Virus record (IMG/VR): IMGVR_UViG_3300035698_012962 | Span: 32,001-96,000 of that record | Reading direction: 5' to 3' (one strand) | Origin: a virus | Length of the DNA: 64,000 bases | Shown here: piece by piece, positions 50,380-58,878 of the stretch | How the letters are laid out: each line of letters starts with the position of its first letter | Position numbering within the stretch: the stretch's first letter is position 1 | Program-made: the position numbers and the translations under genes | Notes under the pieces: model-generated | The model's database searches: none | Told to the model about the DNA's origin: nothing | The model's input: the letters and a program-made list of their open reading frames with translations, nothing else

Positions 50380-51426
50380 TTAATTACTTAATGGGAATTT
50401 TATTGTAGGGTGTGGATTGTAATTTTCTAATATGAAATCACCTTCTCCACATGAGTGCATTCCATCTCTGATATGAAGTGTGGGAAGTTTTCTGGGTTCT
50501 CTTTCTAATTGTTCCAATACGCCTGAAATTTGATCTTCATAAATATGACAATCTCCAAAATTACCTATTAACATTTCTGGTACCATTCCTACTTCATCTG
50601 CTAACATAAGTAATAATATCCCATAACTAGCAATGTTAAACGGAATCCCCAATGGAAAATCACAAGAACGTTGATTCCATAATAAAGAGATACCCCGTCT
50701 TGGCGCTTCTTTATCTAAATCTACCTCACTCAAATCAATTTCTTCTTTACCAATAGTTCCCAAATCTCCTGTTAGTACTCTTTTTGCAAGATAATCTGCT
50801 CGTTCTTTACGTGTCAATTCTCGTGCCCACACTTGAAACCCATAATGACAAGGTGGAAGAACCATCTGTGATAACTGTTGTGGATTCCAAGCAGTAACCA
50901 TCAATCGTCTACTATCTGGATTTTCCTTTAAATCATTTAACAAGTTTTTTAGTTGGTCAATTCCTGTCCTTGTATATTTAAGTTCACTTGTAATAGAATT
51001 GAATGATTTATGACCATTCCAATGTCTCCATTGGAAACCATATATTTTTCCTAGATCCCATATTGAATCGTGGAATTTCTGGGAACGGTTCTTCTGTGTT
51101 CCCATTTTGATCATTTTTTCTAATGTATAAGGTACAGATGTAGAATTTAAGTAATTCTTGTACCAATCACCATCCCAGATGTGTACCTTGTTTTTCCATA
51201 AATCACGAATATCTGAGGAGCCTGATATAAACCACAATAATTCTTCTTTTACAATTCGGAACGGAACCCTTTTTGTGGTAAGGAGTGGGAATCCTTCTGC
51301 CATATTATGTTTAATCTGTTTACCAAATACAGAAAGTGTATCAACGCCAGTTCGATTTGTTTTCTTAACTCCATTTTCCAGTATCTCATTTAAGATTTCA
51401 AGGTATTGTTTATCTAAATTATTCAT
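50380..51426 (-). CDS. thyA: Thymidylate synthase
   Basis: RTG, GFPLLTTK, YGFQWR, LPPCH, QRSCD, PFNIASY, HIY. Confidence 0.95.
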   Translation of the reverse strand: MNNLDKQYLEILNEILENGVKKTNRTGVDTLSVFGKQIKHNMAEGFPLLTTKRVPFRIVKEELLWFISGSSDIRDLWKNKVHIWDGDWYKNYLNSTSVPYTLEKMIKMGTQKNRSQKFHDSIWDLGKIYGFQWRHWNGHKSFNSITSELKYTRTGIDQLKNLLNDLKENPDSRRLMVTAWNPQQLSQMVLPPCHYGFQVWARELTRKERADYLAKRVLTGDLGTIGKEEIDLSEVDLDKEAPRRGISLLWNQRSCDFPLGIPFNIASYGILLLMLADEVGMVPEMLIGNFGDCHIYEDQISGVLEQLEREPRKLPTLHIRDGMHSCGEGDFILENYNPHPTIKFPLSN

Positions 51427-51457
51427 ATATCAAATCGTATTATATTACTAATATAAT

Positions 51458-51486
51458 AATATACAAAAAAATATATAAAATGTCAA
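51458..51486 (-). promoter_or_regulatory. Sigma70-type promoter upstream of thyA
   Basis: TTGACA-N17-TATATT. Confidence 0.75.
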
Positions 51487-51503
51487 ATTAAATATATAAT
51501 AGT

Positions 51504-52817
51504 TTAATAAATCTTTGAGTCAAAATTATCTGGATATCTAGAGTTAATGCGTTTATCTCTAATGTTTGTAACCCAATAATTTACAGCGGCTTGGTCATCT
51601 TGCCACTGTGAAATGTTTGACCAATCAAAATCATTTCTCGTATAATATGGCTTTTTTGCATCCGCATACCTTCCTTTCATAGAATGTGTTGGTACGTCAA
51701 TTCTACCATCACCATCTGTATCATATCCATCAATTTCTTTTGAATTTTTGTCTATGTGAACGGGTACTCTGCCTATTTTCTTTTCTAAATTTGGAGTTTG
51801 TACAACTTCTTCTTTTACTTCTTCTACATCACTTTCCGGCTGTAGATGAGATTCTTCTATAGGGGGTTCTAATTCTTCTCCAGAATCATCTACTATAGGA
51901 GTACTACTACTATCATCTACTTTTTCATTATCATCCTTTACAACCGATTTTTGTGGTTTGGATTTTCGTTCACCATACACCTCATAGGTATTAGGAGACT
52001 TAACGGTGACCTTCGCATCTTTCTCTAATCTATTATAATAAAGAGATAAGTTAAATGCAATTACCAATGATATCGCCAATGGGTCGAATGTTATCATTAT
52101 AACAATTGCTATAATGTTTACTACTGTTGACATTGGTACATTTAATACATCAGCTAAGAATTGTAAAGGTCCGAGTTCATTTACTACATCGGTTTCGTCT
52201 CTTAGTTCATAAATTCGTTCATCAAAAGTAGTGATTGAATCAGTATATGCATCTATCCTTTCAGTAAGAAGATCTCTTCTTTCTTGAGCATTTTCTAATT
52301 GAGTGGTAAGAACATTACGTGTAGCGGATGAAGTGGTAGTAACTAGTTGTCCTGTTTCTTGATCTATATATTGAATGGTATTACCTGATAATCCTTCAGA
52401 TAATGTTAATATGGTAGATGTTAAATTACCTCTTTCTTCATTAAATGCATCTATTTGTTCATTGAACCTATCTTTTCTCAATTCAATAACTTCTACTCTA
52501 CGATCTAATATATTCAACTCATTCGATGATGACTGGAACGCTGAAGTTAGGTATCCATAAAACCCCATTGAAGTAATACATACTAATATTATTACTGCTA
52601 TAGTTAGATAAGTTTTCATAACAAATTTTACTCTATCCCAATATAAATATAAGAATGAAGCTGTTATGATTTTAGAAAACTCCATAACCCCTGCCATTAC
52701 CATTATTTCAGTTTTAGAACCTGAAAATAGTGCACCTAGCCCCTGTACGGAGAAGTATGCACCAACAATAGCCATAAGTAGTGCGGCTAATCCAATGAGT
52801 AATGTTCTAACGTTCAT
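51504..52817 (-). CDS. Multi-pass membrane protein with long coiled coil
   Basis: Three N-terminal TMs, coiled coil, LGPL...FDPLAISL TM, acidic linker, DTDGDGRID. Confidence 0.75.
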   Translation of the reverse strand: MNVRTLLIGLAALLMAIVGAYFSVQGLGALFSGSKTEIMVMAGVMEFSKIITASFLYLYWDRVKFVMKTYLTIAVIILVCITSMGFYGYLTSAFQSSSNELNILDRRVEVIELRKDRFNEQIDAFNEERGNLTSTILTLSEGLSGNTIQYIDQETGQLVTTTSSATRNVLTTQLENAQERRDLLTERIDAYTDSITTFDERIYELRDETDVVNELGPLQFLADVLNVPMSTVVNIIAIVIMITFDPLAISLVIAFNLSLYYNRLEKDAKVTVKSPNTYEVYGERKSKPQKSVVKDDNEKVDDSSSTPIVDDSGEELEPPIEESHLQPESDVEEVKEEVVQTPNLEKKIGRVPVHIDKNSKEIDGYDTDGDGRIDVPTHSMKGRYADAKKPYYTRNDFDWSNISQWQDDQAAVNYWVTNIRDKRINSRYPDNFDSKIY

Positions 52818-52827
52818 CTGTTATTAA

Positions 52828-53016
52828 TTATTGAGTTGGTACTATTTCTATAATAGCCTTATTTGAATCTGATAAGTGTTTTACTTCTTTTACTAATTTA
52901 AGTATTTCATCATTTGTTAAAACACGATTTCCTTGTGCTACATCCATAATGATACCTAATCGTTTTTCCATTGCGGAAATATTGTCTAATACTTTTTGTT
53001 GATATGCTAATTTCAT
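52828..53016 (-). CDS. Small hypothetical protein
   Basis: Doubled TACTTATA motif upstream (53038-53051). Confidence 0.6.
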   Translation of the reverse strand: MKLAYQQKVLDNISAMEKRLGIIMDVAQGNRVLTNDEILKLVKEVKHLSDSNKAIIEIVPTQ

Positions 53017-53057
53017 ATATATTTAGTTTGTTTGATTTATAAGTATAAGTATAGAAA

Positions 53058-53097
53058 ATAAAAAAAATGGTGATAAGGCTATCAACCCTACCACCAT
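53058..53097 (-). terminator. Intrinsic terminator
   Basis: ATGGTGGTAGGG-ttgatag-CCTTATCACCAT 12-bp stem (two G-U pairs) followed by a T-run. Confidence 0.75.
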
Positions 53098-53128
53098 ACC
53101 TAACCTAATATTTTAATTTCTACTTATA
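53058..53128 (-). ncRNA. Candidate ~70-nt small RNA
   Basis: Lies between a consensus promoter (53135-53163) and the terminator, with no complete ORF inside. Confidence 0.4.
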
Positions 53129-53134
53129 ATATAT

Positions 53135-53163
53135 AATATACGAAAAAATATACCAATTGTCAA
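53135..53163 (-). promoter_or_regulatory. Sigma70-type promoter
   Basis: TTGACA-N17-TATATT. Confidence 0.75.
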
Positions 53164-53684
53164 ATTAATATTATATTAATAAATGTTGAAACATCTATAT
53201 CACTTTCTCTATAATAAACCTGTACTTGCATTGTATCACCTCTCATTGCAAATATTGGTGCAATTAATCCTGAAAATTCACCACTATCTTTTGTGATGGA
53301 AACTGGATTAACAGTTGGTACTTCCATACCCTTAAATCCCTGTACATAAATAGTATCCACTGTTACCCAAGTACCTGTTCTACGAATATATCTCCGTACT
53401 TCAATACCAAGAGAATCACCTAATACCCATTTATGTGAAGATTCCCATCCTAATTTTTTTCTTCTATCTATTTGACCACCATCTTTTTCAATCATACCTT
53501 GGACACGATGAATGGTTTGGTTTGAATGTTCATTTAATTGAAGTTCATAGTAACCATTACTATCTTTGTTCAACCTACCGTCTAAATATATTTCATAATC
53601 AGGTAGATATTCTACATTAGATATATCATTGCAATTGGTAAATATAAATAAACTAATTCCTAGCCACATCCATAAATACTTCAT
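53160..53684 (-). CDS. Putative lipoprotein
   Basis: MKYLWMWLGISLFIFTN-C signal peptide II-like leader. Confidence 0.6.
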   Translation of the reverse strand: MKYLWMWLGISLFIFTNCNDISNVEYLPDYEIYLDGRLNKDSNGYYELQLNEHSNQTIHRVQGMIEKDGGQIDRRKKLGWESSHKWVLGDSLGIEVRRYIRRTGTWVTVDTIYVQGFKGMEVPTVNPVSITKDSGEFSGLIAPIFAMRGDTMQVQVYYRESDIDVSTFINIILI

Positions 53685-53898
53685 ACTCCACTCCATTTAT
53701 TATTATCGTTTTGGGGTTAGGTGCTTCCTTTTTCATTTTTAAATCATTATACTCCTCTTCTGTGATCACTCTATATACAATTCTGTTTTCTATAGCACAG
53801 TCGATTACTATTAAATGGTCTTCTGCTAGTTCGTTTATTTCACCAGTATCCCATCTATCGAAAACTTCTTGTTTAAATTCTCTGTATGTTTGTGTCAT
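53653..53898 (-). CDS. Hypothetical protein
   Basis: Start overlaps the ATP-grasp stop (ATGA). Confidence 0.6.
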   Translation of the reverse strand: MTQTYREFKQEVFDRWDTGEINELAEDHLIVIDCAIENRIVYRVITEEEYNDLKMKKEAPNPKTIIINGVEYEVFMDVARN

Positions 53899-54602
53899 GA
53901 CGCCGAAACTCTATCTGAAGTAATAATTATATCAAAATATCTATCTACTAACATTCTATAATAGGTATCGTTGGGTACTCCATAATTTCCAATTGACCAC
54001 ATATCATTAAACTCCACTACTACGTTTAGCTCATTTCTTAATATACCTACATCAATAATATATGTAGAAGGAAAATCTTTTTTATTTTCTTCTATTATAT
54101 CCTCTATAAATAATCTATGTGGTATCTGAAAAAGATCTCCACTATAATTATGCATATCCTTAATTTTATTTTTATGTACGTACACGCGTACATACGTATC
54201 ATCGGATATATTTGCTATAGAAGAATACACCATCTCATCAATAACAAATCCAGTAAATGATTTCAATTCAGTTGGTAATGGTTTAATAAAATACTTACCA
54301 CCTGCCTTTACTCTATTCTTTACTTCTCCTAATGTTAGAATTTCACTAAATCTATCAGAGTTTCTAGGTAATTGAATACAATCAAGTGTTATTCCAACTC
54401 GTCTAAATACCTCAGTCATAAACTCAACAGAACCTACGAATAAATTATTATCTATTACTAAATCATATTTACCTTCCTTTACTTCATCAAAAGTAACTAA
54501 TTTATATTTTAATACACCACTATCAAACGCTCCATAAAGAGCACTTGCAGCATCAAAGTGATGAGGTAGTATTCCATAATGGGATTTTTGAATAAATATC
54601 AT
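53895..54602 (-). CDS. ATP-grasp protein (R2K/DUF4343-like)
   Basis: FVGSVEF, FIKP...KSFTG, IIDVG, VVEFND..SIGNYG. Confidence 0.75.
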   Translation of the reverse strand: MIFIQKSHYGILPHHFDAASALYGAFDSGVLKYKLVTFDEVKEGKYDLVIDNNLFVGSVEFMTEVFRRVGITLDCIQLPRNSDRFSEILTLGEVKNRVKAGGKYFIKPLPTELKSFTGFVIDEMVYSSIANISDDTYVRVYVHKNKIKDMHNYSGDLFQIPHRLFIEDIIEENKKDFPSTYIIDVGILRNELNVVVEFNDMWSIGNYGVPNDTYYRMLVDRYFDIIITSDRVSAS

Positions 54603-54607
54603 ATTTG

Positions 54608-55030
54608 TTAAACTTTAAGTAATGGATCAACTTTCTTTTCTAACTTCTTTAATTCTTCATAAATTTCATTGGTGAAGTATCCATAAATCCGTAACGTTCC
54701 ATATTTCTCTTTTACATCATTAATAAGGATACCTTTTGCAAGTTTTCTATGGAGTTTATGCGCCCACCACCATCTGACCCTTACAATAGAATTATCATTT
54801 CCTACGAGGTGTAGTAATCTTAAAACTGTTTTAGGACACCACTTTGATCTCATTTGGGAATCTACATATTCAAAAAATGTATCTATATACTCATATCCTT
54901 CTGTTCCTTCTCTGAACAGATTGTATCCATATCCCATATATACCCATCTTCTTTGTTTGCCAGGGAAGATTGTATTCCAGAATGTTTTTGGTGTTAATTT
55001 ATTAAAATAATATTTCTTTTTTTTGTTCAT
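54608..55030 (-). CDS. Phage hypothetical protein
   Basis: KEKYGTLRIY motif. Confidence 0.65.
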   Translation of the reverse strand: MNKKKKYYFNKLTPKTFWNTIFPGKQRRWVYMGYGYNLFREGTEGYEYIDTFFEYVDSQMRSKWCPKTVLRLLHLVGNDNSIVRVRWWWAHKLHRKLAKGILINDVKEKYGTLRIYGYFTNEIYEELKKLEKKVDPLLKV

Positions 55031-55034
55031 TTAT

Positions 55035-55367
55035 CTATTGTAATACTCTTCGTAAGGTTTTTAATACGGTATTTAGCTCTTGAAGTTTTCTATAAGAATT
55101 ATATTTCATTTCAAAGAGATTATGGTATTGATCTGAATTCAGAAACTCTAATAATTCTTTACGGGTTTTGATCGTTTGAATTTCTTCTTCAATCTTTCTA
55201 TATTCTTCAAAAAACTTATTAGAATATTCTATTTTTTTCGAGGTATCATATATTAAGAAGCCCGCCATTACCCCGAATAGACTACCCACCGTTAATGCTA
55301 ACAAAAACAGATCCGGATTGTTATAATACATTACACTGAAAAATAGTAAGAAAATAAATAGAAACAT
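55035..55367 (-). CDS. Membrane protein
   Basis: Two N-terminal hydrophobic segments; true start may lie upstream. Confidence 0.55.
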   Translation of the reverse strand: MFLFIFLLFFSVMYYNNPDLFLLALTVGSLFGVMAGFLIYDTSKKIEYSNKFFEEYRKIEEEIQTIKTRKELLEFLNSDQYHNLFEMKYNSYRKLQELNTVLKTLRRVLQ

Positions 55368-55427
55368 ATAAATAGATAACTTCGATGGAGAAGTGTTTTC
55401 AATTTTTCTAATAAATTCATATATTTT

Positions 55428-55649
55428 TTATCTATAAAGGGTTACAAAACTTCCAAAGTATTTATCGAACGTATCTACTAAGTGATCGTAACCACTTTCA
55501 GTCATTTCTTTTTGAACAGTTTCCCAATCTAACTCTAATTGATCAGCAAATCGCTTTGCCTTACCTAAAAGAGAATATGCATTCCCCTCTGGCCCAGTTA
55601 AATCAATTTCAATTCGTCTATTTTCGATTTCTTTTTTTGATTTTATCAT
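55428..55649 (-). CDS. Small phage protein
   Basis: IDLTGPEGNAYSLLG motif. Confidence 0.7.
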   Translation of the reverse strand: MIKSKKEIENRRIEIDLTGPEGNAYSLLGKAKRFADQLELDWETVQKEMTESGYDHLVDTFDKYFGSFVTLYR

Positions 55650-55650
55650 A

Positions 55651-56004
55651 CTAACTCTGATTTTGGGTTTGTTTTTTAATTGCTTCTTCTAACAGTTGTT
55701 TTTTATACATCATAATTCTTGGTCGATTCTTTTTACCTATCGGTCGTTGCCAGTAATCTATTTGTTTTGGGGTTAAAAACCCTCTTTTCATATAAAACTT
55801 TGCCATTGAAGTTCCAATCTCACCATGGGCACCTGTGAATCCAATACCGTTATTTCTGTTAGTGGTTTCGTAGATTTGTTCTTCTCTGGTCTGTCGATTG
55901 AATAAATGAACAAGAGCCTTACCAACTGCGTGAACTCTCATTGGTTCTTTACTCGTCAATACCGCCTCAATTTGTTCAATTAACTTTTTTTTATCAACTT
56001 TCAT
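55651..56004 (-). CDS. Early hypothetical protein
   Basis: RQTREEQ...NGIGF...LTPKQ; first gene after a sigma70-type promoter. Confidence 0.7.
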   Translation of the reverse strand: MKVDKKKLIEQIEAVLTSKEPMRVHAVGKALVHLFNRQTREEQIYETTNRNNGIGFTGAHGEIGTSMAKFYMKRGFLTPKQIDYWQRPIGKKNRPRIMMYKKQLLEEAIKKQTQNQS

Positions 56005-56043
56005 AATAATTAGGTTAAGTTGTTGTTCTCATTCAACACCAGT

Positions 56044-56072
56044 AATATAGTGTATAGTATGATAAAAGTCAA
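56044..56072 (-). promoter_or_regulatory. Sigma70-type promoter
   Basis: TTGACT-N17-TATATT. Confidence 0.7.
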
Positions 56073-56080
56073 GGATTATT

Positions 56081-56251
56081 TCACTCTTCGGAAATATTTA
56101 CTAATGACGAGTATACTTCCTCACTCATTTGATTTATTAAATCTGAAATTTCATCTACTGATAGTTTATGATGATTGGATAGAGTTACATCTACCTCGAT
56201 TTCACATTTATCTTCTATATCAAAATTAAATACGTAAGATTGTCCTAACAT
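56081..56251 (-). CDS. Small acidic protein (56 aa)
   Basis: Not in ORF track. MLGQSYVFNFDIEDKCEIEV...; ATG overlaps the end of the upstream frame. Confidence 0.55.
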   Translation of the reverse strand: MLGQSYVFNFDIEDKCEIEVDVTLSNHHKLSVDEISDLINQMSEEVYSSLVNISEE

Positions 56252-56561
56252 TGCTCTACCACCGTTTCTCCCAGTTTAGTTAATTTTAATGTGTAATGCC
56301 ATGCCATAGTATCAAAATCTAATAGATTTTTATCAAAAAGAGAGTTTGCGGTTAGAAGAGTGCCGTTTTCATTTCTTGCATTGAATCTTGATTCTTCTGG
56401 CATAGTATCCAATTTCGTTTATAATGTTCTGCATACTTTTCAAACGAATATGATCCGTCATCTCTATACTCCAAATATCCTTTTTCTTTAGCTCGTTTTA
56501 ACAGTGATACTTCATCATCTGTTAATTCTAATTCGATAGAAATTGTATGTTTATATTTCAT
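56245..56561 (-). pseudogene. Frameshifted gene (-1 shift near 56415)
   Basis: Annotated frame ends at 56352; the -1 frame continues TKLDTMPEES...LLDFDTMAWHYTLKLTKLGETVVEQC to a TAG overlapping the next gene's start. Confidence 0.55.
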
Positions 56562-57571
56562 AATTTTCTAAATTCTGGTCTTATTAAAGCCCAAATTAAT
56601 TGTTTGTAAGATTTCCCATCTAACATTTTGAATAAGATAGCGGGTTTGTTAGTAGAGTTTATTGCATATTCAGCGAATAATTTTCTATCTTCAACAATAT
56701 CCCTTTTTTTTGCTTCTGCGAATAGAGATAAATAGAACTCTTTTGTTTCTAAATACTTCATTTTTAGTTCTTCTTCATATGATCTTATTTTGTCATAGAA
56801 TTCATCTGGAACATCTTCTAATATTTTAGTCATATCATCACCGTTCCGTAATATATCCCATACACCTAATGTAGATATTTCTGTCATAATTTTATGAAGT
56901 CTAAAGTACTCTTCGAATTTTACCTTTATAAAATCACCATTAGAAAATCTAACAACGAATCCTTCTGAATTATCCCACTCTAAATCTTTCAGTTCTTCCA
57001 ATTTTAAGTTAGGATACTCTTTAACTACGTCAAATCCAAATTCTCTGTAGTGTTGAATTTCTTTATACTCACCTGTAGTAAAATTTCGTTTACCTAACAT
57101 AACTAATCGCTCTTCCTCATATAACACCACAATACGATTCTCAGGATATATAATTTCCCACATGTACGTGAAATTTTTATCCAATTTATCTTTATCATAT
57201 CGTTCAATAAGTTCGTATGCCTTCATTGCTTGGTCTGAAATGAAGGAGCCACGTGAAGTAATAATTAATGTATCATTATAGTAAAAGGAAGAAATATAGG
57301 AACCATCTAACTTTTCATATACAGTGTAATCTTCAGTAGGTGTATGCTTATCTTCTTCAAGATTAAAGAATTTATCAAATCCACGAGATACAACATATCC
57401 AGTAGTGTTATCAGTAACCAATCCTCTACAAGCAATTGTTACTTCATCCCAATGTTGTTCGTATGTAGTGGAAAGTGAATAATTCCAAATTGTTAAAGGA
57501 AGAGTCGGATGATCTTGTGAAATTAACCAACCATCAGCTTCGTACAATCGTAATGTTTCTTCGAAATTCAT
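56558..57571 (-). CDS. RNA ligase 1 (T4 RnlA family)
   Basis: CRGLV, KFFN, motif I EKLDGS, SRGSF, ENRIVV, EGFVV, KVK. Confidence 0.9.
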   Translation of the reverse strand: MNFEETLRLYEADGWLISQDHPTLPLTIWNYSLSTTYEQHWDEVTIACRGLVTDNTTGYVVSRGFDKFFNLEEDKHTPTEDYTVYEKLDGSYISSFYYNDTLIITSRGSFISDQAMKAYELIERYDKDKLDKNFTYMWEIIYPENRIVVLYEEERLVMLGKRNFTTGEYKEIQHYREFGFDVVKEYPNLKLEELKDLEWDNSEGFVVRFSNGDFIKVKFEEYFRLHKIMTEISTLGVWDILRNGDDMTKILEDVPDEFYDKIRSYEEELKMKYLETKEFYLSLFAEAKKRDIVEDRKLFAEYAINSTNKPAILFKMLDGKSYKQLIWALIRPEFRKL

Positions 57572-57604
57572 TTATTCAATTAAATTAGTAATTATTAATA
57601 CTCT

Positions 57605-57633
57605 ATTATACATAAAGTTTTTATCAAAGTCAA
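57605..57633 (-). promoter_or_regulatory. Sigma70-type promoter for RNA ligase
   Basis: TTGACT-N17-TATAAT. Confidence 0.75.
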
Positions 57634-57636
57634 ATA

Positions 57637-58878
57637 CTAATTTTTTAAATCAGAATCATACCGATCTGGGATGTATTCGTTAATAAAATCCCATTCACTG
57701 TTAGAAAGTTTAAAGTACTTCTTTAATTTTCTATCAGACCATTTTTTTGAAAAATCTAAATATGGTACTGCTTTCAATTCACCACTTTCTAAATGTTGAT
57801 TAACTTTAAATAAAGATAAACAAAATCTTGCAAACTTAGTTAATAAATAAGATTTCCCATTTTCTAATTCCTTTTCATTTTTGAACGAAATTTCATTATA
57901 CGGTGTACCCTTTTTATTTTTACCAATTGGGGTTTGAGTTATTCTAGATGATATATCATGTTCGTGCATCTTTCCTAGAAATGTATTAAAATTTGGGTGC
58001 GGGGCTCCGTTATTAGGAATTCCCGTCGCTATTGTATTAACTCGTAGATAAACATTTCCACCCGTTGCGCCATTTCTATATGTATAATCCTCAAGTGATT
58101 GGTTCATCTTTTCAAAAATCTTATCTCTTATTGATAATACTATATCGTTACCATGAATGAATACATTATCAAGTGAATTATATTGAATACTATCATCAGT
58201 ATTGTAATGAGAATATATAACATTTATATTTTTATTCTCTCTTTTTATAACAGTTGTAATAGAAAGAGGTATTTCTTGTTGAACATTAAAGAAAGAGTTA
58301 CCATTTATAATTTTCAGTTCAGTTTCATATGTATTTATAATACTTTGAATCTTTTTTACCCTTCCTTTAAAGTTTAAAGGTTTTCTTGTTATAAACGGTG
58401 TTGCTGGATGTATACATACAATAGTTCCACCTTCTTTTAATAACTCAAATGCGTTATTAAAATGATTCATATGCGAACCATGGGAATATGATGGATTCAT
58501 TACAATTCCAGCGAATTTTATTTTCTTCAATTTGTTAAGGTCTTTACCAAACTTTTTAAAGTCGGCTTTTGTAATATTAACAAACCCCAAATTTATTCCA
58601 AACTTTTCCGATGTTGGTGATATATCGTTTCCGTAGATCATATTATTTATAATATGTTCATGTGAATGATATTTTATCAATTTTCTATAAAGGGCGATGA
58701 GAAACGAACCTGTTCCACTAGTTGGATCTAAAAACTTCGAATCTGGATTTTGAAATAACAATTCATCAAATTTTGAAATCATTTCATTTACTAATTCAAT
58801 AGGTGTAGGTTGTAATGAACCGGCCCGACACATTGAATATTTACTTAGTTGTATTTTTCTCTGTTCTTTTGTAATCAT
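57637..58878 (-). CDS. N6-adenine DNA methyltransferase-like protein (Eco57I-type), motif IV variant NPSY
   Basis: Motif I FLDPTSGTGSF, motif IV VMNPSY, LLKEGG, C-terminal TKFARF...VPYLDF...LSNSEWDFI. Confidence 0.8.
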   Translation of the reverse strand: MITKEQRKIQLSKYSMCRAGSLQPTPIELVNEMISKFDELLFQNPDSKFLDPTSGTGSFLIALYRKLIKYHSHEHIINNMIYGNDISPTSEKFGINLGFVNITKADFKKFGKDLNKLKKIKFAGIVMNPSYSHGSHMNHFNNAFELLKEGGTIVCIHPATPFITRKPLNFKGRVKKIQSIINTYETELKIINGNSFFNVQQEIPLSITTVIKRENKNINVIYSHYNTDDSIQYNSLDNVFIHGNDIVLSIRDKIFEKMNQSLEDYTYRNGATGGNVYLRVNTIATGIPNNGAPHPNFNTFLGKMHEHDISSRITQTPIGKNKKGTPYNEISFKNEKELENGKSYLLTKFARFCLSLFKVNQHLESGELKAVPYLDFSKKWSDRKLKKYFKLSNSEWDFINEYIPDRYDSDLKN

